Source: an uncultured Amylibacter sp.
GTDB taxonomy: Bacteria; Pseudomonadota; Alphaproteobacteria; Rhodobacterales; Rhodobacteraceae
Length of the DNA stretch: 64,000 nt
Reading direction: 5' to 3'
Assembly: GCA_964195605.1 (NCBI GenBank)
Contig: CAXMSA010000002.1
Coordinates: 608 to 64,607 of the forward strand
Shown here: piece by piece, positions 58,423-64,000 of the stretch
Layout of the letters: the number at the start of each line of letters is the position of its first letter
How positions within the stretch are numbered: position 1 is the stretch's first letter
Made by a program: the position numbers and the translations under genes
Notes under the pieces: model-generated
Database searches by the model: none
Told to the model about the DNA's origin: nothing
What the model saw: the letters and a program-made list of their open reading frames with translations, nothing else

Positions 58423-59226
58423 ATGCTGCGTCTTAAGGGGCTTAAAAAGCGTTATAAAACTGGTGATTATGCGCTAAAAGGCGTTGATTTAGAGATACCG
58501 AAAGGGCAGGTTATCGCCCTTATTGGCCCATCAGGGGCGGGTAAATCCACTTTGATCAGATGTGTGAACAGACTGGTGGAACCGACCGAGGGTTCCGTAC
58601 ACTTAGGCGATCAGGAAATTACATCATTATCATCCGGCCCGCTGCGCAAAGCGCGCCGCCGCATGGGGATGATCTTTCAGGAATATGCACTGGTTGAAAG
58701 ACTGACGGTGATGGAAAACGTGCTGTCTGGCCGTTTGGGTTACGTCGGATTTTGGGCGAGTTGTTTTCGCAAATTTCCTAAGATGGATGTGCAAGAAGCA
58801 TATCGTTTGCTGGACCGTGTCGGCCTGATGCACATGGCAGACAAACGCGCGGATGAATTGTCAGGTGGGCAACGTCAGCGTGTCGGTATTTGCCGCGCTT
58901 TGATCCAAGATCCCGATTTATTGCTGGTGGATGAACCCACAGCCAGCCTTGACCCGAAAACCTCGCGCCAGATTATGCGCTTGATTAATGAACTTTGTGC
59001 TGAACGCGGCCTAGCCGCGATTATCAACATTCACGATGTGTTGCTGGCGCAAATGTATTCACAACGGGTTGTTGGCCTGAAACTGGGTGAGATCGTTTAT
59101 GACGGTAAGCCTGATGGGCTGAAACCTGCGGTTCTGACCGAGATTTATGGTGAAGAGGACTGGGAAGCAACGATTGACGAAGTTGATGAAGATGAAGAAG
59201 GTGAAGCTAAAGAGGCTGCCAAATGA
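58423..59226 (+). CDS. phnC: Phosphonate-type ABC ATPase
   Basis: [40 protein letters not shown]. Start ATG 58423. Confidence 0.9.
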   Translation: MLRLKGLKKRYKTGDYALKGVDLEIPKGQVIALIGPSGAGKSTLIRCVNRLVEPTEGSVHLGDQEITSLSSGPLRKARRRMGMIFQEYALVERLTVMENVLSGRLGYVGFWASCFRKFPKMDVQEAYRLLDRVGLMHMADKRADELSGGQRQRVGICRALIQDPDLLLVDEPTASLDPKTSRQIMRLINELCAERGLAAIINIHDVLLAQMYSQRVVGLKLGEIVYDGKPDGLKPAVLTEIYGEEDWEATIDEVDEDEEGEAKEAAK

Positions 59227-60032
59227 GCAGTGCCAGCACAGATTTTCCATCCAAATGGAAAAAACCGCCCTTCATTAAAAGCCCCGCCTTGCGTTGGTCG
59301 ATCATTACCGGCAGCCTGATTTATCTGGCCCTTGCCTTTAGTACAATGGACGTGGACTGGGGACGTGCAGCAGAAGGTTTGCCACGCGGCAAACGGTTTT
59401 TGGGCGCATTTTTTCCGCCTAACTTTTCTGACAACCTTGGGGTTGTTTGGGAGGGGATCTTTGAAAGCAGCTGGATGGCGATTATTTCTACCTTTACGGG
59501 GATCGCACTGTCGATCCCGATCGGCTTGGGGGCGGCTAAAAACCTAGCCCCGAAATGGGTGTATCTGACATGCCGTTCTATCATCGGTGGCTCGCGGACA
59601 TTCCCTGAGATTATCCTTGCGATCTTTGCGGTGAAGTTCTTCGGTTTTGGCCCGTTTGCGGGCTTTGTCGCCCTGTCTATAGGAACCATCGGGTTTTACG
59701 CTAAGCTTCTGGCAGAGGATATTGAGAACATCAATCCGACACAGGCCGAAGCGGTTAAGGCCACGGGTTCCAGTTGGCTGCAATGGATCAACTATGCGAT
59801 CCAGCCACAGGTTATGCCACGCATGATCGGGTTATCCGTGTACCGCTTGGATATTAACTTTCGTGAAAGTGCGGTTGTGGGGATCGTGGGGGGCGGTGGC
59901 ATTGGTGCCACGCTGAACACGGCCTTTAACCGTTATGAATTTGATACGGCTGCGGCCATTTTGCTGATCATCATCGGTATCGTTATGGTGCTTGAATATA
60001 CATCCGGCTACCTTAGAAAGTTGGTACAATAA
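59223..60032 (+). CDS. phnE: Phosphonate-type ABC permease
   Basis: [30 protein letters not shown]. Confidence 0.9.
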   Translation: MSSASTDFPSKWKKPPFIKSPALRWSIITGSLIYLALAFSTMDVDWGRAAEGLPRGKRFLGAFFPPNFSDNLGVVWEGIFESSWMAIISTFTGIALSIPIGLGAAKNLAPKWVYLTCRSIIGGSRTFPEIILAIFAVKFFGFGPFAGFVALSIGTIGFYAKLLAEDIENINPTQAEAVKATGSSWLQWINYAIQPQVMPRMIGLSVYRLDINFRESAVVGIVGGGGIGATLNTAFNRYEFDTAAAILLIIIGIVMVLEYTSGYLRKLVQ

Positions 60033-60033
60033 C

Positions 60034-60846
60034 ATGCCTTTAATTGAAACGCCTGATGGCCCCGCATGGAAAAGACGCACACCGAAAGAACAATATATCA
60101 GATGGTTTTTCTGGATTATTGCGCTGACAATTATCGCTTATGCTTGGAAAGGCATATCTGACAAGACCGTTTGGTTTTTTGTGCAAGATGCGCCGCGCCA
60201 AATGGCAGATATTGCTGGCCGGATGGTACCGCCGAAGTTCAGCTATATGTCGCAGCTATGGGTACCTATCTGGGATACGCTGAACATTGCAACGCTTGGA
60301 ACGGTCATTGCCTTGGTGATTGCGGTGCCTGTGGCATTTGCTGCCGCCCATAACACCACACCACACCCGATTGTGCGTGCGGTTGCGATTTTCATAATCG
60401 TGTCGTCACGCTCAGTAAACTCTTTGATCTGGGCTTTGATGCTGGTGTTTATCTTCGGCCCCGGTGTTCTGGCTGGCACAATAGCTATTGGCCTGCGCTC
60501 AATCGGGTTCTGTGCCAAACTGCTTTATGAGGGGATTGAGGAAATTGATCACACCCAAGTAGAAGCGATTGAAGCCACTGGGGCCAGCAAAGCCCAGCAA
60601 ATGGTGTTTGGGATCATACCGCAAATCTTGCCGACATTGGCCGGTATCGGTGTGTTTCGCTGGGATATTAACATCCGCGAAAGTACCATTTTGGGTTATG
60701 TGGGTGCGGGCGGTATTGGCCTGCAACTTAGCGGTTCAATTGATACTTTGGCTTGGACACAGGTTTCCGTGATCCTACTGGTGATCCTGTTAACCGTGAT
60801 TGTCAGTGAATGGGTTTCAGCCAAGGTACGTGGTGCCATTATCTGA
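60034..60846 (+). CDS. phnE: Second phosphonate-type ABC permease
   Basis: SRSVNSLIWAL..KLLYEGIEE..WDINIRES. Start ATG 60034. Confidence 0.9.
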   Translation: MPLIETPDGPAWKRRTPKEQYIRWFFWIIALTIIAYAWKGISDKTVWFFVQDAPRQMADIAGRMVPPKFSYMSQLWVPIWDTLNIATLGTVIALVIAVPVAFAAAHNTTPHPIVRAVAIFIIVSSRSVNSLIWALMLVFIFGPGVLAGTIAIGLRSIGFCAKLLYEGIEEIDHTQVEAIEATGASKAQQMVFGIIPQILPTLAGIGVFRWDINIRESTILGYVGAGGIGLQLSGSIDTLAWTQVSVILLVILLTVIVSEWVSAKVRGAII

Positions 60847-61759
60847 TCATAAGAATTGTTGTGGCAGTACCAACTGGATCTTTGACGCTTATGAAGCGGC
60901 AAGGCCCCGCCTGCCACAACCCTTGTTCAGCAACAGTTATCAACTGACTGACAATCTAATCAGTATTGCCGATGATTTTGATACCTTCCTGCTGGATGCG
61001 TTTGGTGTGCTGGTTGTCGGGGATAAAGCTGTTCCCGGTGTTATTGCGCGTGTTGAAGAATTGCAGGGGCTGGGCAAGCGCGTCATGGTTGTGACAAATT
61101 CAGCCAAGACGACAAGGCAGGCCCATGCTGCACGCTATGCCAAGCTTGGGTTTAACTTTGGCGCGAACGATATCATTACCAGCCGAGACCCCGCATTGGC
61201 CGCTATCGGGCATGGGCCGGATTATAAGTGGGGTCTGGTTGCAGACCCAGCTTTGGGATCGGACGGGATTGCGCATCTTGATGGAGTTTTTCTGGCGGAT
61301 GATGAAACTGTATATGAAACGGTTGATGCTATTTTGATGCTGGGCTGTACGCATTGGACCGAAGCGCGTCAGAAAATTCTAGAGCAAGCACTGCGCCGTA
61401 ATCCCAGACCGGTTTATGTGGGAAACCCTGACATTGCTGCACCACAAGCAAAAAAGGCGTCTTATCAACCCGGTTATTTTGCCCATCGTTTAGCAGATGT
61501 AACGAGTATTACACCACAGTTTTTCGGCAAACCGTTTCCAAACATTTTTGAATGTGCTTTCACAAAACTTAGCCTAGACTTTGACCGCGACCGTACTGTT
61601 ATGGTCGGGGATAGTCTGCATACTGATATTCTGGGTGGGCGCGGGGTCGGCATTAAAACCGCGCTGATTACCGACTACGGCACGCTTGCGGGAATGGACA
61701 TTAATGTTGCTATAAAAAAATCTGGTATTATACCTGATTATGTTATGCCGCACCCGTAA
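60800..61759 (+). CDS. HAD-superfamily class IIA hydrolase; start uncertain (GTG near 60830 possible)
   Basis: Motif I FLLDAFGVL, motif II VTNS, motif III GKP, motif IV GDSLHTDILG. Confidence 0.87.
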   Translation: MSVNGFQPRYVVPLSDHKNCCGSTNWIFDAYEAARPRLPQPLFSNSYQLTDNLISIADDFDTFLLDAFGVLVVGDKAVPGVIARVEELQGLGKRVMVVTNSAKTTRQAHAARYAKLGFNFGANDIITSRDPALAAIGHGPDYKWGLVADPALGSDGIAHLDGVFLADDETVYETVDAILMLGCTHWTEARQKILEQALRRNPRPVYVGNPDIAAPQAKKASYQPGYFAHRLADVTSITPQFFGKPFPNIFECAFTKLSLDFDRDRTVMVGDSLHTDILGGRGVGIKTALITDYGTLAGMDINVAIKKSGIIPDYVMPHP

Positions 61760-61778
61760 GGGGCATGGTATAAAAACT

Positions 61779-61808
61779 TTGACTAAATGGTCAAAAAAAG
61801 ACTACGCT
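61779..61808 (+). promoter_or_regulatory. RutR-like operator overlapping a sigma70 promoter
   Basis: TTGACTAAATGGTCAA (one mismatch to the E. coli RutR box TTGACCAnnTGGTCAA); TTGACT-N18-TACGCT. Confidence 0.65.
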
Positions 61809-61867
61809 TTTTTCAATGACGAATCCCATTGGTTTCGTTTTCATCTATTTAAGGGGGTATAAGGCTG

Positions 61868-62857
61868 ATGTTTCTAAATAAATTAACCCGCCGCTGCATG
61901 ATTGCAGGTGTTGCTGTTGCCGCAACGCTTGGCACTGCAGGCATGGCGGCAGCAGAGGCGATTAAGGTTGCTGCGATTTACACATTGCCAGTTGAGCAAC
62001 AATGGATCAGCCGTATTCACATCGCGCTAAACGCAGCCGATGCGCGTGGCGATATTGAATATACTTATTCGGAAAATGTTGCCAATACAGATTATGAACG
62101 TGTGATGCGCGAGTATGCTGAAAGTGGCCAAAAACTGATCGTGGGCGAGGTGTTCGGTCTGGAACGCGCCGCACGTAAAGTGGCCAAGGATTATCCGGAC
62201 ACCGGATTTCTGATGGGCTCATCTTTCGAGCCTGCCGGCGATAATTTTAGCGTGTTTGATAACTGGATTCACGAGCCAAGCTATCTGTCGGGTATCGTGG
62301 CAGGTTCAGCCACCAAATCTAACGTGATCGGCATGGTCGGCGGTTTCGCGATTCCCGAAGTAAACCGTCTGATGAATGCCTTTATGGAGGGTGCGCGTTC
62401 TGTAAACCCTGACGTGAAGTTCCTAGTGAACTTCCTGGACAGTTGGTATGACCCGCCTAAAGCCAAGGAAAGCGCTTTTGCAATGATGGATGCGGGTGCG
62501 GACATCATGTATGCGGAACGTTTTGGTGTGTCTGATGCCGCTGTTGAACGCGGTGTGAAGGCGATTGGCAATGTGATCGACACCTCTGGCGATTACCCTA
62601 ACACGATCCTAAGCTCGGCTCTTTGGCATATGGAAACCACTATTGATACGGCGATCGCAGCTGTAGCAAATGGTACTTATAAAGCGGCAGATTACGGTCA
62701 ATATAGCTTTATGGCCCATGGCGGCGGTTCTGTGGTTGTCGACGCGGCACTGGTGCCTGCGGATGTTGTGGCAAAGGTTGCCGCCATTGAAGCTGACATC
62801 AAATCAGGCAAGTTTACAGTGACTGTAAACGATAATGCGCCTGTGTCTGATAAATAG
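61868..62857 (+). CDS. BMP-family (PnrA/TmpC-like) nucleoside ABC substrate-binding protein
   Basis: HEPSYLSG..IGMVGG..W.DP..KE.A..GAD; followed by a nucleoside-type ATPase. Confidence 0.88.
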   Translation: MFLNKLTRRCMIAGVAVAATLGTAGMAAAEAIKVAAIYTLPVEQQWISRIHIALNAADARGDIEYTYSENVANTDYERVMREYAESGQKLIVGEVFGLERAARKVAKDYPDTGFLMGSSFEPAGDNFSVFDNWIHEPSYLSGIVAGSATKSNVIGMVGGFAIPEVNRLMNAFMEGARSVNPDVKFLVNFLDSWYDPPKAKESAFAMMDAGADIMYAERFGVSDAAVERGVKAIGNVIDTSGDYPNTILSSALWHMETTIDTAIAAVANGTYKAADYGQYSFMAHGGGSVVVDAALVPADVVAKVAAIEADIKSGKFTVTVNDNAPVSDK

Positions 62858-62900
62858 ATAAAGGCTGGTTCGGGCCCTGTACGGCCCGAACCACATTTTG

Positions 62901-64000
62901 ATGACTAATCCCTTGATATTATCCCTGCGGGGTATGACAAAACGCTTTGGGTCTGTCGTGGCCTCGGATGCGATTGATCTTGACCTGCAACGCGGCGAGG
63001 TTCTGGCCCTGTTGGGTGAAAACGGTGCCGGCAAGACCACGTTGATGAATATGCTGTTCGGGCAATATACCCCTGACGCGGGGGGCGTGCATGTCTGGGA
63101 TGAGGCCGGTGTTGAAACCGTGCTGCCCGCAGGCCAGCCGCAAGCTGCCATTGATGCGCGGATCGGTATGGTGCATCAGCATTTTACACTGGCAGAGAAT
63201 CTAAGTGTTCTGGATAATATTCTGCTGGGTGCGGAACCCTTGTTCAAGCTGGGCCGCAACACGGGTGCCGCACGTGAAAAACTGACGGCATTGATGGATA
63301 ATTCGGGCCTGATTGCGCCCTTGGATGCGCGGGTGCGCGACCTGACCGTGGGCGAACGCCAACGGGTTGAAATTCTGAAAGCTTTATACCGCGATGTGCG
63401 CATTCTGGTGCTGGATGAACCCACCGCTGTTCTAACCCCGCAAGAGTCCGATACAATGTTTGCCGCAATGCGTGCGATGGTTGATAGTGGCCTGTCCGTG
63501 ATCTTTATTTCCCATAAATTACATGAGGTTCAGGCATTTTCAGACCGTATTGCAGTGTTACGTCACGGGCGTAAAACTGGTGAAATAGCGACAAAAGATG
63601 CAGATACTGCCTCAATTATCCGGATGATGGTAGGCGAAGATTTGGACGCACCTGTGCGGGTACAAGGTGTGCCGCAGCAGCCTATTCTTGAACTTGATAA
63701 TATTAACACGATGGGGGCCAAAGGCGGGCAAGGTCTGTCTGGTTTGAACCTCACGGTGCATGGCGGCGAAATTATTGGCATTGCCGGGGTTTCGGGCAAT
63801 GGGCAAAGTGCTTTTGCAGGGCTTGTTTCAGGCCTTGTGCAACCGGATGCGGGGAAAATGTCCGTGAATGGGCAAATGATGGCAAAACCGACCCCGAAAG
63901 CAATGATTAAAGCAGGCGTCGGGCGTATCCCGGAAGATCGCCACCATGATGGTATTGTTAGTGCCATGTCGGTGGCGGAAAATCTGGTGATTGAGCGGCT
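62901..64000 (+). CDS. Nucleoside/sugar (CUT2-type) ABC ATPase, runs off the window edge
   Basis: Manual translation MTNPLILSLRGMTKRFG..LLGENGAGKTTLMNMLFG..VHQHF..DEPTAVLTPQE..GVSGNGQ. Confidence 0.92.
   Translation, partial: MTNPLILSLRGMTKRFGSVVASDAIDLDLQRGEVLALLGENGAGKTTLMNMLFGQYTPDAGGVHVWDEAGVETVLPAGQPQAAIDARIGMVHQHFTLAENLSVLDNILLGAEPLFKLGRNTGAAREKLTALMDNSGLIAPLDARVRDLTVGERQRVEILKALYRDVRILVLDEPTAVLTPQESDTMFAAMRAMVDSGLSVIFISHKLHEVQAFSDRIAVLRHGRKTGEIATKDADTASIIRMMVGEDLDAPVRVQGVPQQPILELDNINTMGAKGGQGLSGLNLTVHGGEIIGIAGVSGNGQSAFAGLVSGLVQPDAGKMSVNGQMMAKPTPKAMIKAGVGRIPEDRHHDGIVSAMSVAENLVIER

Noticed and set aside
57360-61759. Phosphite oxidation (ptx) or C-P lyase operon
   Set aside because: No PtxD-like dehydrogenase or phnG-M genes follow the transporter; the 2-hydroxyacid dehydrogenase at the window start is 56 kb away and looks like a housekeeping glyoxylate reductase.

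Overview
A roughly 50% GC, gene-dense chromosomal segment. Gene content and protein sequences point to a marine alphaproteobacterium, most likely Rhodobacterales (roseobacter group); this is an inference. I found no rRNA, tRNA, CRISPR array, prophage or transposase. The window is dominated by nutrient-scavenging transporters and catabolic modules: a family-5 ABC transporter, a TAXI-TRAP system, a glycerol-type ABC transporter, YbbAP/TesA, PhnCDE-like genes plus a HAD hydrolase, and a BMP-type nucleoside ABC transporter. It also carries aceA, copA, gdhA, dcp and several LysR/TetR/RpiR/BlaI regulators. Most notable: (1) a textbook PhoB promoter drives a family-5 ABC operon that ends in a 59-aa DUF1127 gene absent from the ORF track and converges on a phosphonate-monoester-hydrolase-like sulfatase, a candidate organophosphorus scavenging system; (2) a TetR-aruH-aruI-DDAH operon with a divergent, internally deleted trimethylamine/histamine-dehydrogenase-like pseudogene next to fghA, a candidate methylarginine catabolic pathway; (3) a PhnCDE-like transporter coupled to a HAD-IIA enzyme lacking the second catalytic Asp; (4) a split homolog of plant BCAT-like proteins (sulfotransferase-like plus class IV aminotransferase); (5) a kinase/PP2C remnant behind a sigma54-like promoter; and (6) several readable operators (FNR, RutR-like, CueR, LysR, TetR). 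All family assignments come from motifs recognised by eye; no database search was run.
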